Source of the DNA: Polynucleobacter sp. HIN11
GTDB taxonomy: Bacteria > Pseudomonadota > Gammaproteobacteria > Burkholderiales > Burkholderiaceae
Reading direction: 5' to 3'
Length of the DNA stretch: 32,000 nt
Assembly (NCBI RefSeq): GCF_030297675.1
Contig: NZ_AP028142.1
Coordinates: 1,764,735 to 1,796,734 of the forward strand
Every line of letters starts with the position of its first letter. Positions within the stretch are counted from its first letter, which is position 1. The notes under the pieces were generated by a model, which did no database searches, was not told where the DNA came from, and was given only the letters and a program-made list of their open reading frames with translations. Both the position numbers and the translations under genes were made by a program. Of this stretch, positions 18,409-28,374 are shown in pieces.

Positions 18409-19332
18409 TGGCAGGCTTGACTCTTTTTGTCTTCTTGCAATCTCTTGCTCAACCAACCGTTCGAAACGTTTGCGAGCACGTCTTTTCTTTTGTAATTGCT
18501 TCATCATGACATTTGTGTAGTCATGATGTTGAATGGTCTTATCCTCTGTTGATCGATCCCACATATACTGCACTTCCTCAATAAAGCGCTCACGTAGTAG
18601 CGTTGATAAATGATCAAAATCAAAATGCATATAAAAAAGAGGTTTTTGTTTGGATGGAAATTTTCCACGTGCTGCATTTTCAGCAACAATCAAGGCTTCA
18701 GCAATATTTTTGCTCACTAACATTCCTAAATATGCCCTGGCTTTTTCGTTGCTAGCTGTTAGTTTGGAATCTTCTTTAATTCCGCGCTTCCATTTGGTTT
18801 GCAAATTTGCAGATAATGCAATCCGCCAATTTTCCAGCCCTGGGTTTCCATCCAAATAGGCGCTTGCCTTTTCTTCAATCAATTGCAACTTTTCGAAAAG
18901 TGAAAAGGGTTGAATTTTATTAACCTCTAAAAATGCTTTGGCCCTTTTAGATTTCTTTTGCCGTTTCTGCGCCTCACTTATTTTTAAATCTACTTGCTCC
19001 ATCAATGCTTGTTTAGGTTTAGTGATATCTAAAGTAAGACTTAGTGTGGTCAGGTCTGCATCGGAATAGAATAGATTGCAGCCTGTCTGCTCCCACCACA
19101 CTTCAAATGGTGTGGTGAAAATATCCCCAAATTGATCATATGTTTTTAGAACAGCCTTGATATCTTTGGGCAATGTTTTGTCATTTAAGCTCAGTTCACC
19201 CTTTCTAATTAGGTGTGCCTTCCAATAACTTGGGCTAACAATTAGGTATTGGAAATAAAGGTTATGTTCAACAGTAGGTAGTTGATTGAGGTTTTTCCAA
19301 CGATCCCCGAAATTAAAGCCTAATTTAGCCAT
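18400..19332 (-). CDS. Hypothetical protein (310 aa), Lys/Arg-rich central and C-terminal segments
   Basis: Long clean ORF that overlaps the recombinase 3' end convergently by 9 bp. Basic tracts (QKRQKKSKRAKAF, KKRRARKRFERL) suggest nucleic-acid binding. No catalytic motif recognised. Confidence 0.7.
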   Translation of the reverse strand: MAKLGFNFGDRWKNLNQLPTVEHNLYFQYLIVSPSYWKAHLIRKGELSLNDKTLPKDIKAVLKTYDQFGDIFTTPFEVWWEQTGCNLFYSDADLTTLSLTLDITKPKQALMEQVDLKISEAQKRQKKSKRAKAFLEVNKIQPFSLFEKLQLIEEKASAYLDGNPGLENWRIALSANLQTKWKRGIKEDSKLTASNEKARAYLGMLVSKNIAEALIVAENAARGKFPSKQKPLFYMHFDFDHLSTLLRERFIEEVQYMWDRSTEDKTIQHHDYTNVMMKQLQKKRRARKRFERLVEQEIARRQKESSLPLD

Positions 19333-19350
19333 TTCTTGATAGTTTTAGCT

Positions 19351-19382
19351 TATACAAAATAAGTTCGTACTCATTTTGTATA
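19351..19382. promoter_or_regulatory. Perfect 10-bp inverted repeat in a divergent promoter region (candidate operator)
   Basis: TATACAAAAT (19351-19360) and ATTTTGTATA (19373-19382), 12-bp spacer, between the divergent 310-aa and 311-aa genes. Confidence 0.45.
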
Positions 19383-19483
19383 TTTTACAGATCCATCAAG
19401 AATTCCCATAATCCCTCTGGTCAATTGAGCACTTTAGGCATTTCGCCACAACCGCTTGATTGATTTTTAAAAGGAGTATTGGT

Positions 19484-20419
19484 ATGTCTAATACCTTTGA
19501 GAAGCACTTTACGATCGAGGGTGAGGAAACGCATCCGAGCATCAAGATCGATCCACAAAAAGCCAAGGTAACACTGGATTCGGGGGGCTCTAAGGCTTCA
19601 CCAACCAAGTCTCAGCAAAACCCAGGCATTCAAGTAACGCCACCTCCAGCGATCACTTATAAAAATGAGATCACCTTCGTGGACTCATTGGCACATGATC
19701 AGCAAATCAAGCCCAAAAAGCTAGAAGAGTATGTTCTGGCCTTTAAGCAAGGTGCTGAGAAAACAGCGCGATCGACGCTGGAGATGTGCCGGGTGGTGTA
19801 TGAGGCAAACCAAACCTTGGGTGATTTGGAGTTTCGCGACTTTTGTCGTTCCATTGGATTTAAGGATTACAGCAGCACGATCCGTAAATTCATAGCCATT
19901 GGCAAAGTCTATCCGCGTTTTATCGACTATGCCAATCAGTTACCAGCCAGCTGGACTAACATTTATTTGATAACTCAAATTCCGGCTACGGAGTTTGAGA
20001 ACATCATCAAGGGACGAGTCCGGCTGTCTGAATTAACCGGCTCGCGTCTGCAAAAAATGTTAGAACGCACCAAGGATATCTCTGATATTCGAGGTGTTAT
20101 GCGCTATGACAAAAAGAACTCGGGCTATGTGTATGCCAAGTTGCTTTTTACCAAGGTGCCTGATGATACCGATTGGCGTGCTGCGGAAAAGGCCATCAAT
20201 GAGCTATGCGCTCGATTGCCCATCAAGTTCTTAGTTGACGAGAATGTCCGCAATGTTTTGTCCCAACGCAAAAACAAACGGTACGAGCAAACCAAGAAGC
20301 ATTACAAGGATATTGAAATGCGTCCTGACCTATGGGATCTTGGTGCCGAAGCAAATGCTGCCTATAAGACCGCTGAGCGTGTCAAAGAAGCAGATGCTAA
20401 GACAACTGTAACAGTATAA
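19484..20419 (+). CDS. Hypothetical protein (311 aa); weak resemblance to plasmid/phage DUF3102-type proteins
   Basis: ATG at 19484 preceded by AAAGGAG. The central block LEMCRVVYEANQTLGDLEFRDFCRSIGFKDYSSTIRKFIAIGKVY loosely recalls DUF3102-like helical domains, from memory only. A strong terminator follows. Confidence 0.65.
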   Translation: MSNTFEKHFTIEGEETHPSIKIDPQKAKVTLDSGGSKASPTKSQQNPGIQVTPPPAITYKNEITFVDSLAHDQQIKPKKLEEYVLAFKQGAEKTARSTLEMCRVVYEANQTLGDLEFRDFCRSIGFKDYSSTIRKFIAIGKVYPRFIDYANQLPASWTNIYLITQIPATEFENIIKGRVRLSELTGSRLQKMLERTKDISDIRGVMRYDKKNSGYVYAKLLFTKVPDDTDWRAAEKAINELCARLPIKFLVDENVRNVLSQRKNKRYEQTKKHYKDIEMRPDLWDLGAEANAAYKTAERVKEADAKTTVTV

Positions 20420-20423
20420 GAAG

Positions 20424-20453
20424 CTGCCGTCGCTGCAGAGACGGTAGTTTTTT
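20424..20453 (+). terminator. Rho-independent terminator
   Basis: CTGCCGTC (20424-20431) pairs with GACGGTAG (20440-20447): 8 bp including one G-U, with an 8-nt loop, followed by T6. Confidence 0.75.
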
Positions 20454-20482
20454 AATCAAACAACTTTATATGAGAGAACATC

Positions 20483-20638
20483 ATGAAAAATAAACTATCC
20501 AATGTAATCTGGGTTGACTTTAAATCAGGTCGAAAAATTGATTTAAGCAATCTGGAGCGCCCACAAAAGCCTCATCAAGTAATTCTAAGCATATGCAAGA
20601 GTGAGCATATTTCGCGAAAGAAAGTGGGGTATCAATGA
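20483..20638 (+). CDS. Possible small basic protein (51 aa), not in the ORF track
   Basis: MKNKLSNVIWVDFKSGRKIDLSNLERPQKPHQVILSICKSEHISRKKVGYQ. Its stop overlaps the next ATG (ATGA). Confidence 0.3.
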   Translation: MKNKLSNVIWVDFKSGRKIDLSNLERPQKPHQVILSICKSEHISRKKVGYQ

Positions 20639-20808
20639 TTATCTACACCATTGAATACACAATTGAGGTTTTGGGTAGCGTTGAAATAAAGGCTACTTCA
20701 AAAAACGAGGCTTACGAGAAATACAATCAAATCTCATGGCAGGAGCTGATTGATATTGGGAGCAAAAGTGAGCAATACGATATTTATGAGACCTCAGTTG
20801 AAGATTAG
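20635..20808 (+). CDS. Possible small acidic protein (57 aa), not in the ORF track
   Basis: MIIYTIEYTIEVLGSVEIKATSKNEAYEKYNQISWQELIDIGSKSEQYDIYETSVED. It is translationally coupled to the 51-aa ORF and ends 8 bp before the convergent integrase stop. Confidence 0.3.
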   Translation: MIIYTIEYTIEVLGSVEIKATSKNEAYEKYNQISWQELIDIGSKSEQYDIYETSVED

Positions 20809-20815
20809 GCAAAAT

Positions 20816-22030
20816 TTAAGCCAACTTCTCCGCATTCATCATTGGGGTCAACTTCGAGTAATGCCGCTCAATCATGCCCACGCTAGTGCCCATTTGCCTG
20901 GCCAATGTGTGTATATCCACACCCTTGGCCAAGGCCAGTGTGGCATAGGTGTGGCGCAGACTATATAGAGTTCGGTTCTGTCCGCTGCCATCTGTGCGCA
21001 TGTGGCTGCGAACCATTAAGTTACGAAAGATATTTTCCATGTTGCTTATTTGCTCACCCGTAGGTAGTCGAAATATCAAGGCGTCTAACTTGGCCTCAAT
21101 CACAGCCGCCAATCCTGAATAGGGCAGCTTGTGCCAACGAATGATCTGTTCAAACACCCGGATCACGGCATTTTTTGCAATCAGATATCTGGGACCCGTC
21201 TTACCCGACACCCAAATCCGCAAATACCGGCGGTTACCGATCCAGTGCCACTGCAAGTGTCGCCATCTAAGTGGTAATGCTTCTGTTCCATGCCGAACAC
21301 CCGTGTTGACCAGAAACTCAATGTAGTAGGTGCACAGGGTTCGCATGTGGGCGGTTCGCATGGTGTATGAACTCCGTTGCCAGGTCTGGGTATAGCTCAA
21401 TAACTCAGTGATTTCCTGTTCGGTAAACGCGGGTCTTGCTTGGCTGGCTCGTCCTTTGGCATCTAACATGGGCACTGGTTGATTAATGCCAACAAGGCCA
21501 TGGTCTCTAGCTAGATTGATTACTCGGGCATAGGCACTGGCGTGATTACGCTTGGTGCTGGCCATGGGGATCTTGCCCATCTCGCTGGCGCGCCAAGATT
21601 CAAAATCACTGATCAACTCGGTTGTAATTTGCCCCACTTCATATTTTCCAAAGAAGGGAATCAAATACTTGTTAATAGCAAAGGTGTAGTCTCGATAAGT
21701 GCGTTTACCCACTTGGTTATTCATTGCCTGAGCCATACGGTCAATCTCATCTGCGGCCACTTGCCTGAAGGTTTTGGTGACTGGAGACAATCCTGCACTA
21801 ACTTTGATCTTGATGGTTTCATATATAACCACAGCTTGGGTCTGGGCTAATACCAAATCATCTGTATTAGTTGACGCTGAGTGCCATTGCCCATTGGGTA
21901 ACTTGAAGCGACATTGCCATTTACTGCTATGAGATCGTTTGAAGAGGGTTAGTTCACCGCCAAGCAATGCGACGGCTTTGGGCAACTCTTGGGTGGCAGA
22001 GTGAGCGAAGAAATACTGTAAGTTTTGCAA
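20816..22030 (-). CDS. int: Tyrosine-type site-specific integrase (phage integrase family)
   Basis: About 400 aa with an N-terminal arm/core-binding region (FKRSHSSKWQCRFKLPNGQW). Catalytic motifs are NTGVRHGTEAL, LYSLRHTYATLAL and MIERHYSKL. The start is uncertain: there is no ATG near the 5' end, and the TTG at 22030 is the ORF-track call. Confidence 0.9.
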   Translation of the reverse strand: MQNLQYFFAHSATQELPKAVALLGGELTLFKRSHSSKWQCRFKLPNGQWHSASTNTDDLVLAQTQAVVIYETIKIKVSAGLSPVTKTFRQVAADEIDRMAQAMNNQVGKRTYRDYTFAINKYLIPFFGKYEVGQITTELISDFESWRASEMGKIPMASTKRNHASAYARVINLARDHGLVGINQPVPMLDAKGRASQARPAFTEQEITELLSYTQTWQRSSYTMRTAHMRTLCTYYIEFLVNTGVRHGTEALPLRWRHLQWHWIGNRRYLRIWVSGKTGPRYLIAKNAVIRVFEQIIRWHKLPYSGLAAVIEAKLDALIFRLPTGEQISNMENIFRNLMVRSHMRTDGSGQNRTLYSLRHTYATLALAKGVDIHTLARQMGTSVGMIERHYSKLTPMMNAEKLA

Positions 22031-22133
22031 ATTCAGCGTCCATTTACGCGACGCTTGCTAGCTTAGCTTCAGATCGGGGTTTGGGCGACCGATTTATTTT
22101 GTCGGGAAAACCGACATTCTAAATATTCCAAAA

Positions 22134-23027
22134 TCAAAGCATTGTCAGAATAGCCGCCATACCGAGGGAGCCAAGAGTAAAAGAAAATATTACGGATCGA
22201 CATGAAGTACCTTTAAGAGCTTCAGGAATCAACTCTTCCTTGATAACAAACATCATTGCACCCGCTGAAATTGCGAGAGCCCATGGAAGCAGCAGCGCAC
22301 TATCGCCTACTGCGAATATGCCTATAGCTGCGCCCAACGGCTCAAGTAATCCTGTAGCTACAGCCAACGCAAACGCCATGCTACGGCTTGCACCAATCGA
22401 CCAAAGGGCCGTCGCCACGATAAGCCCTTCAGGAATATTCTGCATACCAATTGATAATGCAATACCCCAACCTAAGGCATCACCACCCCCATAACCAGCG
22501 CCAACGGCAAAACCTTCAGGCAGATTATGGACGGCAATAGCAATCACCATCAATCGTATTGAATCCGCAGACAATACAACACAAGTATTTGGGGCAGCAT
22601 GCATGTGTGGCAACATCCGATCAAGCGCGGCCATTGCTGCATAACCGATAACAACGGCCAGCAGAATATCAAACGCCACAGGAATATTGCTCATTTGGAT
22701 GGCTGGCATAAGCAACGATAAAAGCGCAGCTGCAAACATGGCTCCCGCAGACAGCGCCAAAAATCCAAATATTCCTTGAGTGATCGTACTGCGCTTCAGT
22801 GCGAAGATACCCAAAGCGCCTAGGCCTGTTACCCCCCCAGCAAATAATGAAGCCTGTAAAGCTTGGGTTTCAGTTGGGTGTAATTGCAACCATGCAGTCC
22901 ATAGCCCCAAACCGATGCTGTATAAGATTAAGGCAAGCCCAATGAGGTTGATTGGCAACCCCCACAACAAGCGGATTGGCATTGCACTCATGCGGTGTTT
23001 CATGCGAAGAATAACTTGGGTCATCAC
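22134..23027 (-). CDS. zupT: ZIP-family divalent metal transporter (ZupT-like)
   Basis: Polytopic protein with the signature motifs HNLPEGFAVG and QNIPEGLIV. The likely start is the ATG at 23024, which follows GGAGAA. Confidence 0.85.
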   Translation of the reverse strand: MMTQVILRMKHRMSAMPIRLLWGLPINLIGLALILYSIGLGLWTAWLQLHPTETQALQASLFAGGVTGLGALGIFALKRSTITQGIFGFLALSAGAMFAAALLSLLMPAIQMSNIPVAFDILLAVVIGYAAMAALDRMLPHMHAAPNTCVVLSADSIRLMVIAIAVHNLPEGFAVGAGYGGGDALGWGIALSIGMQNIPEGLIVATALWSIGASRSMAFALAVATGLLEPLGAAIGIFAVGDSALLLPWALAISAGAMMFVIKEELIPEALKGTSCRSVIFSFTLGSLGMAAILTML

Positions 23028-23212
23028 TTTTCTCCGTCAGATGATCTACCTCGTTGAGGAAGGATCTAAGCCCTCCGCCAACCAATAGCATTTGGTTTAA
23101 TCTACGATTGCATTTTTGATTGACCCGATTAATCAGTCAAATGAATAGTTTTGATAGAGGTGATCGAAAAATTCGATATAAATTCAGTTGAAACCTTGAA
23201 TTCGTAAGACAA

Positions 23213-24100
23213 CTAGGCTTTTAATATTTTGACCAAGGCATTAAATTCCTCAATACGAGCGGTTGTCTGACGGGCAACTAAAGCAATTTTTCGTTTCGGG
23301 GCGGGGCTAATCAGCGGACGTGCTGTAAGTTTGGTTTGTTTTAAAAAACCAGCTTTAATCGCCATTTCGGGCAATAGTGCCAAGCCCAATCCTGACTCAA
23401 CCATTTGTACTAAGGTTAGCAAGCTCGTAGCTTCTAATGCATCGGGCGGTAATTCGTTACGCTTGCAGGCTTTTAAGGTGTGCTCCCGCAAACAATGCCC
23501 TTCCTCCAAAAATAAGATTTGATCCGACATTTTGTTCGTTAGTTGGATATCCTTATTCTTTAAAACTGGGTCATCGGCTTTTCCAATGAGCCAGAATTCA
23601 TCATCAAAGACCTCTTTCACCAAATAACCACTGGTGGGATACGGTAGTGCGATTAAAGCGAAATCTAATTCATGTCGACTAAGTTTGTCGATTAAATTAA
23701 CAGTCAGGTCCTCTCGGGGGATAACCTTTAAGTCAGGGTAGCTAGAGCGCATCTTTGGCAATAACCACGGCAGAACAAATGGTGCGATGGTTGGAATAAC
23801 GCCTAATTTCACCATCCCCCGCATGGCGCCTGACGAAGCCTCAACAAAGTCCACCAAATCATCTGCCTGCCCGATGAGTGCCTCAGCTCTTTGAGCCACC
23901 CCCAGTCCAATGGCAGTCAGCGATACAGAATGCTTATCGCGCTCGACCAACTGAACACCTAGCGTGTCTTCAAGCTCTTTGAGTCCAGCACTTAAGGTTG
24001 ATTGACCAACAAAGCAAAGCTCCGCGGCTTTCGTGAAATTAAGCGTCTGCCCCAAAGCAACTAGGTAGCGCAACTGTTTTAGGGTTGGGGTCATCGTCAT
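23213..24100 (-). CDS. oxyR: LysR-family hydrogen-peroxide sensor OxyR
   Basis: LysR HTH N-terminus plus LEEGHCLREHTLKAC. Both redox cysteines have the same 9-residue spacing as E. coli OxyR Cys199/Cys208 (LEDGHCLRDQAMGFC). Divergent from katG. Confidence 0.85.
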   Translation of the reverse strand: MTMTPTLKQLRYLVALGQTLNFTKAAELCFVGQSTLSAGLKELEDTLGVQLVERDKHSVSLTAIGLGVAQRAEALIGQADDLVDFVEASSGAMRGMVKLGVIPTIAPFVLPWLLPKMRSSYPDLKVIPREDLTVNLIDKLSRHELDFALIALPYPTSGYLVKEVFDDEFWLIGKADDPVLKNKDIQLTNKMSDQILFLEEGHCLREHTLKACKRNELPPDALEATSLLTLVQMVESGLGLALLPEMAIKAGFLKQTKLTARPLISPAPKRKIALVARQTTARIEEFNALVKILKA

Positions 24101-24371
24101 TTGGTAATCGATAAATTAGATTGAAATCATCATTTTAATTAGTTGGACTGATACTGGCAAGACGCCCAAAATCCCCTTGTTGATGAACAAATCGCACCGA
24201 GGATCAAATGAGTTGGATTTTGAAAATTAAATCGCAGTTCAGTTTAAGTAAGCAAGACTTGATCTATTTCCTAGCGACCTATATGGCTGGCTCAGTCCAT
24301 ATCGGGCGTTAATTCTGGAAATTGATTTGGGCATTTGTTATTCAACATTAATTGACATCACAATTTTATAA

Positions 24372-26534
<2,163 letters not shown>

Positions 26535-26674
26535 TCACTAGCTATACTTTTGATGACGGGGGTAAAGCCCCGTCATCAATCGTAATAATTTTTTGGTAAT
26601 TGAAATTATTTGGAACTTAAAGAAATTAAAACTGCTCCAATTATCTTGAAATACAACTCTATACACTAGAAATC

Positions 26675-26911
26675 ATGAAACCAACCATTCCTCAAAAAGC
26701 ACCTTACCCGATAACTGTTGAGGCTGGAAAAACTTATTACTGGTGCTCCTGTGGCAAAAGCAAAAATCAACCCTTTTGCGATGGCAGTCACCAAGGTACT
26801 AAATTTACACCCAAGCAATTGGTAGCCACAGAATCAAAGACCATTTACTTCTGTGGGTGTAAGCAATCAAAAAATGGCGTGTTCTGTGATGGTAGCCATA
26901 ATGCCTTATAA
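26675..26911 (+). CDS. CDGSH-type iron-sulfur domain protein (two CDGSH motifs)
   Basis: 78 aa containing CSCGKSKNQPFCDGSH and CGCKQSKNGVFCDGSH. Confidence 0.85.
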   Translation: MKPTIPQKAPYPITVEAGKTYYWCSCGKSKNQPFCDGSHQGTKFTPKQLVATESKTIYFCGCKQSKNGVFCDGSHNAL

Positions 26912-27249
26912 AGCAAACCGAAGGCAGCCTCATGCTCTGCTAACCCATTAGGCCGCTACCCACGGCTTGAAGGGCTGGCTAATCTGCGGCACAGAATGCT
27001 CAACAATGACATACAGCGCCCTGATTTAGCTGTTCTTCGAGGCAATAATGAGGATGGGTTGCAGGAAGTTCAATAAATTTATCAAGCGTCCAGTAATCGG
27101 ACGCCCAAAATTTTGTTCCACTTGGAACAGAGGATTAAACATCCTCTATCTACCCAGGCTTGATTGATACAGGCTTGTAGGGATTGCTCTATATTAATTA
27201 AAGTTGGAGAATCAAAGAAATTGTTGAATATAAGAATGGACAAAATACC

Positions 27250-28056
27250 TTGTCTTCAAAAGAACTTGCAGAACTTGAAAATGCCCTCAACAGGTTAAGT
27301 TATTTTTACAACGAACTTGAAGTCTTTCTTCCAAAAATATACTTTAATGAAGATGCCCCTTACAGAACATTTAGAGTAAACAATGATGAGCACACCGATT
27401 CACTAGTTTGCTATTTAAAAGGAATGAAGGCTGTCTCAACTTTGAATGCAAGCCTAGTCTTGCTTAAGTCAGGATATACCCAAGAAGTTGGTGCACTTTG
27501 CAGAATGCTTGATGAAGCGTGTAACGAAATATTATTTTTAATCAAGCCCGAAGGTGAAAATGCATTAAGCAGTAGTCAAGAGCAATTCTTAGACAGCTTT
27601 TATCAGGAAGAATTTAGTGAATCTAAAAATATTCTTGAAGCACATAACCCACGACATACTGTGTCTTCTCAAAAAATTCACGCATCAATTGCAAGAACTA
27701 TGTCTATATCAATAAATCCTTCTGATGCACAAGCAATGTCAAGCATAGTTCAAAAAACACTATCTGGCTATGTTCATGGAGCATATCCGCAAATTATGGA
27801 GATGTATGGTGGCAATCCACCACACTTTCATATGCATGGAATGCTAGGAACTCCGAGAATGGTTGAGTGGACGGCTCAAGTCGTCTCATACACCGATAAA
27901 CTGATAATGCTTTCTATTTTGATCTCTAGAAAACTGGGTGCCCTAGGAGTGGAAAAACTTATGCAAGAATTTAGGTTTGAATTTGAGTCTAAATTTTCTA
28001 CGCGATCAGATCTATCGCCTAAAGAGTTGCTTGAGGCGGCTAAAAAATCACAATAG
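27250..28056 (+). CDS. Hypothetical helical protein (268 aa), AT-rich orphan at the island edge
   Basis: Clean ORF with a TTG start; the next in-frame Met is 58 codons in. It is visibly more AT-rich than its neighbours. The block NASLVLLKSGYTQEVGALCRMLDEACNEILFL loosely recalls DUF5677/AbiV-type proteins, a weak recollection only. Confidence 0.55.
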   Translation: MSSKELAELENALNRLSYFYNELEVFLPKIYFNEDAPYRTFRVNNDEHTDSLVCYLKGMKAVSTLNASLVLLKSGYTQEVGALCRMLDEACNEILFLIKPEGENALSSSQEQFLDSFYQEEFSESKNILEAHNPRHTVSSQKIHASIARTMSISINPSDAQAMSSIVQKTLSGYVHGAYPQIMEMYGGNPPHFHMHGMLGTPRMVEWTAQVVSYTDKLIMLSILISRKLGALGVEKLMQEFRFEFESKFSTRSDLSPKELLEAAKKSQ

Positions 28057-28245
28057 CATTTTGAAGCTGAGTAATTAGCTTTTTTGTTCCATTCAGAACA
28101 AAATGACTGGCCAACGCAATGCTGTCGATGCCATTTGGGCGATATTCGAAACCGCAGTGATCCAAGAAATTTGGTGCCGATTGGGCAGTGAGTCTTGCTG
28201 TGCTTAGACTCAATGTGCAGAACTGTTTTAGTCCTCTATCCTACG

Positions 28246-28312
<67 letters not shown>

Positions 28313-28374
28313 GGTAAGGAGGCTTAAACCAATCGGATTCGTGCCCACGTATTTGTTTGTCTTTTAAGAGGACA

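Noticed and set aside
22031-22133. I searched the integrase-proximal intergenic region for a third copy of the tRNA-Phe-derived repeat, which would split the island into two elements.
   Set aside because: There is no convincing similarity to the 67-bp repeat, only a short hairpin (GTCGGGAAAACCGAC) that is more simply the ZIP-gene terminator region.
26909-27076. The reading frame of the CDGSH gene stays open for 54 more codons after its TAA stop (possible read-through extension or a decayed downstream domain).
   Set aside because: An open run of this length after a stop is only mildly unlikely by chance. The extension has no recognisable motif, and TAA is a strong stop.
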